Shown one piece after another: positions 1 through 8,752 of a stretch of 38,501 nt of DNA. Each line of letters begins with the position of its first letter. The stretch's first letter is position 1. The DNA lies in assembly GCA_042218715.1 (NCBI GenBank), contig JBDGQU010000197.1, positions 1 to 38,501 on the forward strand. Direction: 5' to 3'. The position numbers were made by a program, and so were the translations under genes. The stretch comes from Candidatus Bipolaricaulia bacterium. GTDB taxonomy: Bacteria > Bipolaricaulota > Bipolaricaulia > M55B111. The notes under the pieces were generated by a model. The model made no database searches. It was not told the DNA's origin and worked only from the letters and a program-made list of their open reading frames with translations.

Positions 1-353
1 ATTTTCGCACCACTGTAAGCACTAGTATCGACTAAGCTTTAGTCTCTACAGACTGATCCATCACTGGGAGGAGTATTATTTGTGGAATGATAGCTATCGG
101 TTGAAGGGCAAGCGGAACTTGCTATAGAAATGAAGGAAGTCTTGACACCCACTGGGCTAGAAAAATATAAGGGTTAGTTTAAAGGACTTATGTTATTCAT
201 TAGCATTGGATAAAAGATACTATCAGTCGTCGTCAGCCAACTGTTGCGTAGGAATCTGGTAGTTCGAATCCAGATCGTTTTCCAGTTTATAAAGAACCAG
301 GTGGCCGGTTTACCACCTGGCTGTCGAGCTTTGTCTAAATTGGCCTACAACTA

Positions 354-542
354 TTAGTTTTTTCCTTGGCTGCTATTTCCACTACCTCTTTTTTCGTTAT
401 CTCCACCCGGCCGTAATAGGATAAGCAGTTTGCCTGAAGAGCAGTTAGTTCCTATAGCCCTCCGTTCCGTTGTTATTTTTACGACTATTTTCCCGGTTGA
501 ATTGTCCTGGGACCTTTTTCCGTTACGGTTTTCATCGTCCAT
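354..542 (-). CDS. Possible small hypothetical protein (62 aa)
   Basis: Open frame with GGGGTAAAGGAAAT just upstream of the ATG on the minus strand; no recognisable motif. Confidence 0.25.
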   Translation of the reverse strand: MDDENRNGKRSQDNSTGKIVVKITTERRAIGTNCSSGKLLILLRPGGDNEKRGSGNSSQGKN

Positions 543-988
543 ATTTCCTTTACCCCGGTCCTCGATTGGGTGTAATTTAATTTCCTCCGCCCCCAGAGGA
601 CGATTTTTTGCCTTCTACTAGTTTGCATAAATATACTCCCTATATGTAGGCAACCTGTGAATTATTTGTATAGATTTTGTGTGGAATGAATTCGTCCTAA
701 TTTATGGGGAAGTCTCGAGTGATTAGAAAAGTAAAGAGAAAAGAGGATATTTTCTACACGTATGGTAATGAATTGCAACCTAATTGGTCGACGGTCTGAT
801 TCTTAACAAAAGCTAAGGTTGTTAAAAAACTGGCAAAAACTGCCTCTCTATCATACCTCTCAATTGAGGCAATAATTTTAGTATGTAAAAGGTCCTGTCC
901 TCTTAGTTTGTTATTCCTCATTCCAAGGATTATTATTCATTGTTTATAGTTTCTATAAGTTAACTACAATTTCTAGGAAAGTGATAGA

Positions 989-2776
989 ATGGGCAGAACA
1001 AAAGAATCCACCCCTCAAGACGTTTCTTTCTCCAAGTTGGCCGAAACAAACCCTGCGGCCATTACCAAGTTAAATAAGGAAGGTAGGATCATTTACGCAA
1101 ATAAGAAGGCAGAAGAGGTGCTGAGTCTAGAAGAATCGGAGAAAACGAACCGGACATACGACGACTCTGCCTGGAAGGTCATCGACTTCGAAGGCAACGA
1201 GTTCCCCAAAGAAGAACTTCCATTCCAGAGAGTAAAGAATATCGGAGAACCGGTCTCCGACGTAAAGCACGCGGTAGAATGGCCAAACGGAAAGAGGAAG
1301 TATCTCTCCGTAAGTGCCTCTCCCTTGTTTGATAATGATGGTAATTTCGACGGCGTGTTAGCAGTCTTAGAGGATATCACCGAACGCGAACAACTAAAAT
1401 ATGACCTAGAAACAAGCGAAAAACGTTACCGAAGATTGTTTGAGACAGCCCAGGACGGGATGCTTATCCTGGAGGCGGACACAGGAAAGATAATAGACGC
1501 CAACCCTTATATACGGGACCTCTTGAGGTTTTCCAAAGAAGAGTTGGTAGGCAAACAGCTTTGGGAGATCGGAACCTTTCGAGACGTAGTGGAAAACAAG
1601 GAAAAATTCCAGGAACTTGTAGAAGAAGGCTACATTCGGTACGAACACCTACCCTTGAAGACGAAAAACGAAGAAGAGGCTCCAGTCGAATTCGTCAGCA
1701 ATACCTACATGGTTGACGGCGAAAAAGTCGTCCAGTGTAACATAAGGGATATAACCGAGCGCAAGAAGGCAGAGGCCGAACTGGAAGAAAAAGAAAAAGA
1801 GATGTCCATACTCTTCAGCAACCTGCCAGGAATGGCCTTCAAGTGTGAAAACGACGGGAAATCGACCATGAGGTTTGTTAGTCAAGGATCCAAAAAGCTA
1901 ACTGGTTACTCCCCCGAAGAACTTATCGATAGCGCCCAGGTTTCCTACAGGGAACTGATCGTCAAAGAGGATAGGGAGAGAACCCGGAATGAAGTTCTGC
2001 AGGCATTTGATTCTGACCAGCCCTTTGAACTTGAATACAGGATAAAGACCAAAGAGGGGAAAGAAAAACACGTCTGGGAACGGGGAAGGGGAGTATATAC
2101 CGATGAAGGCGAGCTGGAAAACCTGCAGGGTTTTATTAGTGACATTACCGAAAGAAAAAAGATGGAAAATCAAATACGACATGACAAACAGGACCTCCGC
2201 CAATCCTTCGTCAAACTCGCCGAAACCACCTCCCGGGTACTTGGCGTAAGAGACCCGTATACGAAAAAGCACGAACTAAGGGTGGGGGAACTAGCACGAG
2301 AAGTGGGAGAAAGGATGGGTTTAGGCGAAGATAAATTACTGGGATTGTACATCGGCGGCGTATTACACGACATAGGTAAAATAGTGGTACCGGAGACCAT
2401 CTTAACCAAACCAGGGGACCTAAAAGATGTCGAGTGGCAAATGATTAAATCCCATCCGACAGTGGGCTACGACCAAATCCTTGAGGATACCGACTTTCCC
2501 TGGCCGGTGGCGGAGATGACCCTCCACCACCACGAGAGACTTGATGGTTCCGGTTACCCTGACGGATTAACAGAGGAAGAACTCTCAAAAGAAGTACGAA
2601 TTCTTGCCGTAGTGGACGTGGTTGAAGCCATGAGCACCAGACGTCCCTACAGGGAAGCAAGGTCTAAGGTGAAAACTCTGAGGGTAATCAAAGACGGAAA
2701 AGGAAAGAAGTTCGACCCGGAAGTGGTAGAAGTGCTGATTGAGATGATCGAGGAAAACGTAATCGATTTTGGGTAA
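989..2776 (+). CDS. PAS-PAS-PAS-HD-GYP c-di-GMP phosphodiesterase
   Basis: Three PAS/PAC units each ending in DITER; C-terminal HD-GYP motifs [24 protein letters not shown] and DVVEAM..RRPYR. Confidence 0.92.
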   Translation: MGRTKESTPQDVSFSKLAETNPAAITKLNKEGRIIYANKKAEEVLSLEESEKTNRTYDDSAWKVIDFEGNEFPKEELPFQRVKNIGEPVSDVKHAVEWPNGKRKYLSVSASPLFDNDGNFDGVLAVLEDITEREQLKYDLETSEKRYRRLFETAQDGMLILEADTGKIIDANPYIRDLLRFSKEELVGKQLWEIGTFRDVVENKEKFQELVEEGYIRYEHLPLKTKNEEEAPVEFVSNTYMVDGEKVVQCNIRDITERKKAEAELEEKEKEMSILFSNLPGMAFKCENDGKSTMRFVSQGSKKLTGYSPEELIDSAQVSYRELIVKEDRERTRNEVLQAFDSDQPFELEYRIKTKEGKEKHVWERGRGVYTDEGELENLQGFISDITERKKMENQIRHDKQDLRQSFVKLAETTSRVLGVRDPYTKKHELRVGELAREVGERMGLGEDKLLGLYIGGVLHDIGKIVVPETILTKPGDLKDVEWQMIKSHPTVGYDQILEDTDFPWPVAEMTLHHHERLDGSGYPDGLTEEELSKEVRILAVVDVVEAMSTRRPYREARSKVKTLRVIKDGKGKKFDPEVVEVLIEMIEENVIDFG

Positions 2777-2808
2777 CCAGATTCTTGAACCCAATCAAGG
2801 AGATCAGG

Positions 2809-3206
2809 ATGGGTAAAGGAAGGAGAATTTCGATTGAATCTCTGATCGAGGACGTGCCGCTGGCCGTATTCGACCTTGACCCGGAAGGGAGGGTTAAATT
2901 CATCTGGAGCGAAGCCGCCGAGGAAACCTCGGCTGGAAGAAGGAGGAAGAGTTAGGGAGCTCTCTTCCCCTAGTTCCGGAGGAGAAGTTAGATGAGTTCC
3001 GGGAGTTGAGAGATCAGGTACTGGAAGGTGGTTCGTTCTCGGGGTGGAGGTCAAACGGCAGAAAAAGGACGGCTCCCTGATTGACTTCTCGTTGACTTTA
3101 GCTATGGGCGTCTCTTACTGGAGCTCCGACCAGGAACGTGACGTTGAAGAAGCGCTAAAAGAGGCGGATAAAAATGTATGCGGACGAGATGAAACAAGGG
3201 GCATAG
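2809..3206 (+). pseudogene. Frameshifted, internally deleted PAS-GGDEF gene remnant
   Basis: AAGGAG RBS then ATG 2809. Adding one base in each of three short runs (CC ~2927, GGGG ~3041, AAAAA ~3170) gives a PAS-like sequence (SLIEDVPLAVFDLDPEGRVKFIWSEAAEETLGWKKEE...RQKKDGSLIDF) joined directly to a GGDEF C-terminus (LTLAMGVSYW...VEEALKEADKKMY), which resembles the end of the 5120-5968 cyclase. Confidence 0.8.
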
Positions 3207-3218
3207 CTAGCTAGTATC

Positions 3219-3247
3219 TTGAGAGTATTATTGAAGATGGGTATTAT
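3219..3247 (+). promoter_or_regulatory. Sigma70-type promoter of the kaiC-like operon
   Basis: TTGAGA-17 bp-TATTAT; GAGGAGG RBS before ATG 3277. Confidence 0.6.
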
Positions 3248-3276
3248 TGAGTGTAAATTGATTTCGAGGAGGAAAC

Positions 3277-4746
3277 ATGACCGAAACAGAAACCACCAGA
3301 GTTCCAACCGGCGTAACTGGACTGGACGAAGTACTTAATGGAGGCTTCATCCCTCACAGGACGTACTTAATTAGAGGAGAAGCCGGTACGGGTAAGACAA
3401 TTTTAGGACTCCACTACCTGATAGAAGGAGTAAATAACGACGAGAATACACTGTTCATAACCTTCTCAGAGACAGAAAAGCAGATCAACCAGAATGCGAC
3501 GGCTTTGGGCTTGAGTTCTGAAGGGGTAGAAATACTGGATCTCTCTCCGGGGTCGGAGAAGTTCACCGAGGAGGAAACCTACGACGTCTTCCATCCTTCG
3601 GAGGTGGAGCAGGAACCGATCGTGGGGAGGATAAAAGAAAAAGTGGATCAACTCGAACCGACCAGAGTATTCATAGATGCCATAACCATCCTCCGGCACT
3701 TAACCAGCGAGGAATTCCAGTTCAGGGAACAGTTTCTTTCGCTGTCCAAATACCTGGGTAACCAGGGGGCAACGGTCCTGTTTACCTCTGAGACCAGTTC
3801 GGAGAACCCGGACACGGACCTCCAGTTCATGTCGGACGGGATAATCGAGCTCACTCGTTCGGACAGAAGCAGAAAGCTTGCCGTAAGCAAGTTCCGGGGC
3901 TCGGACTACCAGGAGGGAAACCACTCTTTGGAGATATCGACCGGTGGACTCAAGGTTTACCCCTGGCTGGTACCGGAAAAGTCGGGAGAAGGTTTCAGCT
4001 CGAAGTCCCTTCCTTCCGGTGTTCCCGAGATGGACGAGATGCTTCACGGCGGTCTGGAAACGGGAACAGTAACCCTGTTTACCGGTCCCAGCGGGGTGGG
4101 AAAGACCAGCCTGGCCCTCCAGTTCGCCAAAGAAGCCGCCGGACGGGGCGACAGAACGGCAGTTTACAATTTCGACGAGGACACGGACCTGCTAAACGCC
4201 AGAAGCGAGGCAATAAATATACCTATAGGTAAGATGATCGAAGGTGGAAATTTGGTGGTAAACGAGGTAAAGCCGCTGGAGCTTACGGCCAACCAGTTCG
4301 CCCAGCGAGTGAGAAAAGAAGTAGAGCAGAAAGGGACGAAGATAGTCGTTTTGGACAGCGTAAACGGCTACGACCTCGCCATTAAAGGGGGAAAGCTACA
4401 GGAGTCCCTCTATAACCTGACCCAGTACTTCCGGGCCAAGGGAATAACCGCGATTCTAACCAACGAGGTAAGCAAGATCACAGGCCAGTTCCAGGCTTCC
4501 GACATGGATATTACGGTCATTGCCGACAACGTCGTCTTCTTCCGTTACCTGGAGATCGAGGGCCGGCTTCGCAAGGCCATCGGTGTGTTGAAAAAACGGG
4601 TAAGCGACTTCGAACGCAGCCTGCGGGAGTTTACGATAACCGAACACGGGATAAAGGTCGGTGCCCCGATGGAGAACCTCAGAGGAATACTGAGCGGTCA
4701 GCCGGACTGGAACGATGAACAGGGTCCCGGCGAACGGGAGACCTAA
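3277..4746 (+). CDS. KaiC-like double-domain RecA-superfamily ATPase
   Basis: Two Walker A motifs (GEAGTGKT, GPSGVGKT), Walker B-like VFIDA/VVLDS, KFRGS and KKRVS Arg-finger segments, KaiC-type tail LRGILSGQP. Confidence 0.9.
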   Translation: MTETETTRVPTGVTGLDEVLNGGFIPHRTYLIRGEAGTGKTILGLHYLIEGVNNDENTLFITFSETEKQINQNATALGLSSEGVEILDLSPGSEKFTEEETYDVFHPSEVEQEPIVGRIKEKVDQLEPTRVFIDAITILRHLTSEEFQFREQFLSLSKYLGNQGATVLFTSETSSENPDTDLQFMSDGIIELTRSDRSRKLAVSKFRGSDYQEGNHSLEISTGGLKVYPWLVPEKSGEGFSSKSLPSGVPEMDEMLHGGLETGTVTLFTGPSGVGKTSLALQFAKEAAGRGDRTAVYNFDEDTDLLNARSEAINIPIGKMIEGGNLVVNEVKPLELTANQFAQRVRKEVEQKGTKIVVLDSVNGYDLAIKGGKLQESLYNLTQYFRAKGITAILTNEVSKITGQFQASDMDITVIADNVVFFRYLEIEGRLRKAIGVLKKRVSDFERSLREFTITEHGIKVGAPMENLRGILSGQPDWNDEQGPGERET

Positions 4747-4750
4747 TGAA

Positions 4751-5113
4751 ATGAACAGCAAGAGAATCTTGGTCGTGGCCAAAGGCGAGAAAAACCTCCA
4801 CTTGCTGGCCGACTTTCTCGCCGACCAGGGCTATGACCCAAACCCCGCCTCCTCCATAAAGGAAGTCGATGGAACCTTGCGGGAACTCGAACACCTCGAC
4901 ATGGCCCTGATAGACGTAACCGGCTTCGGGGACTCCATCTGGGATCGGTGTGAGCGGATAAGGAACGAAGGGGTCCCGTTTTTCATAATTTCACCGAAGA
5001 AAACCGGTAAGGCCAAGGAGAAGAGCTTATCGGAAGGAGCCAGGGACGTCCTGACCAAGCCACTCGAGAAGAAGAGACTACTCAAGCTGGTTGAGATCAT
5101 ACTGGGAGAGTAG
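4751..5113 (+). CDS. Stand-alone atypical receiver (REC-like) protein
   Basis: RILVV beta1, ALID (Asp retained), FFIIS and LTKPL match the receiver fold, but the acidic pair after beta1 is replaced by AK. Start placed at ATG 4751, just after the kaiC stop. Confidence 0.8.
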   Translation: MNSKRILVVAKGEKNLHLLADFLADQGYDPNPASSIKEVDGTLRELEHLDMALIDVTGFGDSIWDRCERIRNEGVPFFIISPKKTGKAKEKSLSEGARDVLTKPLEKKRLLKLVEIILGE

Positions 5114-5119
5114 ATCGCC

Positions 5120-5968
5120 GTGGCAAAGATTATGCTAGCCCTGCAGAATGAAAGGAACCGAGAACTCATCAGAGACGAGCTTGCTGAGAACCATTCCGCT
5201 CTTGAAGGTAGGGAAGAAGAGGATTGCGCCCGGGACGTTGATCTCGTCATCTTCGATTTACCCACCTTTAAAAAACTCCGAGAGGCCTGTGAAAGTAAAA
5301 GGGAGGAGGAGAAACCGCTACACTTGCCGGTGCTGTTGCTGCTGGAGAGGGAAAAGGAAGAAGCGGTGGCGAAATATCTCGGTGATACCGTCGACGATAT
5401 CCTGCTAACTCCCGTCAAAAAACCGGAACTGAAAACCAGAATTGGGTCCTTACTTCAAACGAGACGGTTCTCCCTCAAGTTTAGAGACCAAATGAGAGAA
5501 GAGTCCCTAAAAGATCCCCTTACAGGTCTTTACAACCGCCGCTATTTTCAGGAGTTCATCGAAAAGGAAGCCGAGAGAGCAAGGAGGTATGGGCACCCGA
5601 TTTCCTTTTCGATGATGGATATAAACAATTTTAAGGATATAAACGACCGTTATTCCCACATGGTGGGTGACGAGGTCCTCAAAGATATATCCCAGCTACT
5701 GCTTGATAATATCCGGGAATCGGACATCCTGGTAAGGTACGGCGGAGACGAGTTCCTGCTGGTCATGCCGGAGACGAACCGAGGAATAACTGTTGTAGTA
5801 GACAGAATAGTTCATAAACTGAAAGAATGGAACGGGAAGACGGATCTGATCGAAGAGACCTTAGAGATAGCCATTGGTCAATCGTACTGGGCGCCTGAAA
5901 AAGATATATCTATAGAACAAGCTCTAAAAGAAGCGGATGAGGATATGTACGAGAATAAGAGGGGATAA
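5120..5968 (+). CDS. Diguanylate cyclase with degenerate N-terminal receiver domain
   Basis: DPLTGLYNRR, DINNFKDINDRYSHMVGD, RESD I-site five residues before an intact GGDEF, ADEDMY. N-terminal REC-like region (LVIFD, LLTPV) lacks the acidic pocket. Confidence 0.92.
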   Translation: MAKIMLALQNERNRELIRDELAENHSALEGREEEDCARDVDLVIFDLPTFKKLREACESKREEEKPLHLPVLLLLEREKEEAVAKYLGDTVDDILLTPVKKPELKTRIGSLLQTRRFSLKFRDQMREESLKDPLTGLYNRRYFQEFIEKEAERARRYGHPISFSMMDINNFKDINDRYSHMVGDEVLKDISQLLLDNIRESDILVRYGGDEFLLVMPETNRGITVVVDRIVHKLKEWNGKTDLIEETLEIAIGQSYWAPEKDISIEQALKEADEDMYENKRG

Positions 5969-6035
5969 ACATTAAAATTCTTGATATTTCGTTCGTTAAA
6001 CCTTCGTTTTCACCTTCACTTTACCTTTCCCTGCC

Positions 6036-6070
6036 AACTATCATCTCAGTTCGGAGAAGATAGTTTTTCT
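6036..6070 (+). terminator. Probable intrinsic terminator after the cyclase
   Basis: AACTATC-A-TCTC/AGTTCG/GAGA-A-GATAGTT stem followed by TTTCT. Confidence 0.5.
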
Positions 6071-6221
6071 AACTTAAAAACCATTCCACAAAACTCCCGA
6101 AGTGCCAGTAAATAAAAAATAGATTATAATTTAAACCATTGTTAATACTTTCAAGAAATCGTCTAAAAGTTGAGATACTAGGTATAATTGTTATAGGAAA
6201 TAGTTTTCTCAACTTGAATGG

Positions 6222-7217
6222 GTGGTCGATTTGAGATTTACAGCGCAGATCGAAACAATGATCGAACAGTACTCAACGCAGCCGGTAATTTATATGGGTG
6301 CTACTTTGGGTGCACTGGTGGTACTGTTCTTATCCTGGACGCTCCATCGGTGGTTGAGACAAAGGAAGCTTTCCAGGGGAGACGAATTAGATAACAGGAT
6401 CAAGCGAATCCTGACGGGGCAACCCGAGGTGAAGTTGCTTTCCGAGAACCCCAGAAAAACAACTAAGGTAGTTTTCGAGCTTTTAAGTAATTCCGATGAT
6501 GAAGAGGAAAAGGAGGCGTTACTTAGCCAACTGGAGGAATTAAACTTCGGTGAGGTACTGGCTGACGTCGAGATTCAGGAACAAGAGAGGGACTACGGAT
6601 TGCTAGTCGTCACAAGCGCACTGGGATTGGATAAGGGTTGGCAAACCTGCTTAAAGTGGTTGGATCAGCACGGAAGCTGGCAGTGGACGGCAGCTATTCA
6701 CGCTTTAAGTTACTGGCCCGGACACAACGCCGACCAGGTCCTGGTTTCAGAGATGGCTTCCCTTGCCGAAAGGTATCAGATTAACGATAGAGCTTTCAAT
6801 CAACCGATTATAGGGGCTCTTTCCCGACGGGGCAAAAAGACCCAGAAACTGGCTATGGATTACCTGACATCCTATTCTCCTCCTAACCTTCAGATACTCT
6901 TTCTGATGTTCTTTAAGGAAGTTGAAGAGGTAGACCCCGAAGTTGAAGAGTTCCTTGAAGAGCGTCTTAAAATTCTTTGGAAAGAAGCGGATAACGAGAT
7001 GAAAGCTAGCATACTTGGAGTAGCCGCTAAACACGGTCTCACCGGCCTCGTGCCTCTGGCAAAGGATGCTATAGGAGTAGAGGTAGATTTCGTCCAGTTG
7101 TGGGCAGTAAGGCTACTAGCCAAGTGCTCTTCCCCTAATTCCTACCTCGAGAAAGTGAAGAACGATGGTTCGCCTCGAGCCAAGAGAGAGGTTGAAGAAC
7201 TGCACTCCGGCAGTTAG
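6222..7217 (+). CDS. Membrane-anchored helical (HEAT-repeat-like) protein
   Basis: One N-terminal hydrophobic helix followed by a basic stop-transfer stretch; HEAT-like helices (WTAAIHALS, VQLWAVRLLAK, SPRAKREV); lies directly upstream of a GT2 synthase. Start may be ATG 6258. Confidence 0.65.
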   Translation: MVDLRFTAQIETMIEQYSTQPVIYMGATLGALVVLFLSWTLHRWLRQRKLSRGDELDNRIKRILTGQPEVKLLSENPRKTTKVVFELLSNSDDEEEKEALLSQLEELNFGEVLADVEIQEQERDYGLLVVTSALGLDKGWQTCLKWLDQHGSWQWTAAIHALSYWPGHNADQVLVSEMASLAERYQINDRAFNQPIIGALSRRGKKTQKLAMDYLTSYSPPNLQILFLMFFKEVEEVDPEVEEFLEERLKILWKEADNEMKASILGVAAKHGLTGLVPLAKDAIGVEVDFVQLWAVRLLAKCSSPNSYLEKVKNDGSPRAKREVEELHSGS

Positions 7218-7234
7218 AACTAATTAGAAACTCG

Positions 7235-8662
7235 ATGATCTCTCTCCTCAGGACGGCGTTGATAATAAGCCAGTGGACCATTCTTGTCTATTTTGTTCTT
7301 AATACACTATTCCAGCTGGTAAAGTTCTCTTTGGGGTTAATTGGTGTTCGAAAATCCGCGTTTCGCGGACGGGCCGGGGCGTACGCAGAAGAGATTATCC
7401 TCCGGCAACCAGGAGTTACTATAATTATTCCAGCCTATAACGAAGAATCGGTGATTGTGGGGTCTACCAAACAGGCGCTGTCCCTCGATTACCCTAACCT
7501 GGAAGTAATAGTAGTGGAAGACGGATCGAGCGACGATACTTTTGGAGAACTGAAGCAAGCTTTCGAGTTAGAGACCTCAGACGATGAACCAAAAACGGAT
7601 GCCAGTAACGCCGTGACCACTTATGGTAATGTTACCGGGACGTACAATTCTCCTACCTATCCCGGGCTAAAAGTAGTCTGTAAGGAAAACGATATTGGAA
7701 GGAAGGCCGACGCCCTAAATGTGGGGTTGACGTATGCATCTAACGCGTTTGTAGCTACCACTGACGCGGACACTTTCCTCGACTCGAAGGGCATTCATCT
7801 TTTGATGCGAGATATAACTGACCTCAATAGACCTGTGATGGTTGCGGGGGGAGCGGTTAAACCGATCAACGGTTGTATAAGGAAGGAGAATGGAGGCCTG
7901 GAAGTTCACCCACCTAAAAGCACCATAGGTAAAGCCCAGTCTGTAGAGTATCTCCGGAGTTTTTATTATGGCAGACGAGGGTTAGCCGCCATGAACGCTC
8001 TACCACTTCTTTCCGGGGCATTTTCTTTTTTCTGGCGGAGAGCACTGATAGCGGTTGAGGGTTTTCCTGTGGACACCTTAACGGAGGACCTTAAAGTCTT
8101 TCTCAAGCTTTTTTCCTGGCTAAGAGATAAGGGCGGAGGAAATCCCCCCATGTACGCTACGGAGCCGCTAGCCTGGACGGAGGTGCCGGAAAAATGGAAG
8201 GGGCTTTGGAACCAAAGGGTGCGATGGCACCAGGGTTTACTGGAAGGTCTGTGGGGGTTCAAGGACCACTTTGGCAAGCTGAGTTATGGTGCCTTTGGTC
8301 TTATAGCTTTGCCCAATCTGTTATTTTTCGAAGCTTTAGGTCCACTGGTGGAACTATTTGGTCTGGGAATTTTCGCACTTTCCTATTTTCTTGACGCTTT
8401 AAGCCTGCCTGTGTTTTTACTCTGGCTTGCTATTGCTTTTTTACTCCATATTTTTATGTCAATTGGAGCTATAATAATGAGCGACATTTCGTTTCGCCGT
8501 TACGAGAATATTTCCGACCTTGTGAAGCTTCTGGCCGCCTCCGTATTTGAACAATTTGGCTACCGACAGTTTACCGTAACGGCAAGGGTGTGGGCCACGT
8601 ACAGGTTTTTAACCGGCCGCTCAGGGGGCTGGGTATCTCCCGAGCGAAAAAGTAAAGAGTAA
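7235..8662 (+). CDS. Processive family 2 glycosyltransferase (PgaC/IcaA/cellulose-synthase-like polysaccharide synthase)
   Basis: IIPAYNEE, EDGSSDDT, KADALN, DADT, LTED and QRVRW (D,D,D,QxxRW signature); N- and C-terminal TM helices. Confidence 0.9.
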   Translation: MISLLRTALIISQWTILVYFVLNTLFQLVKFSLGLIGVRKSAFRGRAGAYAEEIILRQPGVTIIIPAYNEESVIVGSTKQALSLDYPNLEVIVVEDGSSDDTFGELKQAFELETSDDEPKTDASNAVTTYGNVTGTYNSPTYPGLKVVCKENDIGRKADALNVGLTYASNAFVATTDADTFLDSKGIHLLMRDITDLNRPVMVAGGAVKPINGCIRKENGGLEVHPPKSTIGKAQSVEYLRSFYYGRRGLAAMNALPLLSGAFSFFWRRALIAVEGFPVDTLTEDLKVFLKLFSWLRDKGGGNPPMYATEPLAWTEVPEKWKGLWNQRVRWHQGLLEGLWGFKDHFGKLSYGAFGLIALPNLLFFEALGPLVELFGLGIFALSYFLDALSLPVFLLWLAIAFLLHIFMSIGAIIMSDISFRRYENISDLVKLLAASVFEQFGYRQFTVTARVWATYRFLTGRSGGWVSPERKSKE

Positions 8663-8671
8663 AAAAACTTT

Positions 8672-8693
8672 GCCCTCTGGTGTGAAAGAGGGC
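8672..8693. terminator. GC-rich hairpin after the GT2 gene
   Basis: GCCCTCT-8 nt-AGAGGGC; the A-run upstream would be a U-tract only on the minus strand. Confidence 0.35.
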
Positions 8694-8752
8694 CCATGAG
8701 CTAGATCGGTACTCTGAGATGTAATCGATTAATTTTAGGAGAGGAGATCTAC

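Noticed and set aside
254-275. GTTCGAATCC resembling a tRNA T-loop
   Set aside because: No proper 5-bp T-stem, acceptor stem or anticodon arm can be built around it.
800-875. GGCAAAA and AAAGCTAAGG words upstream of the HD-GYP gene, as a possible c-di-GMP-I riboswitch
   Set aside because: The elements are in the wrong order and there is no GNRA stem or receptor; only short AT-rich palindromes.
3277-4746. True circadian clock (kaiABC)
   Set aside because: No kaiA or kaiB in the window and the ST phosphosite pair is not conserved.
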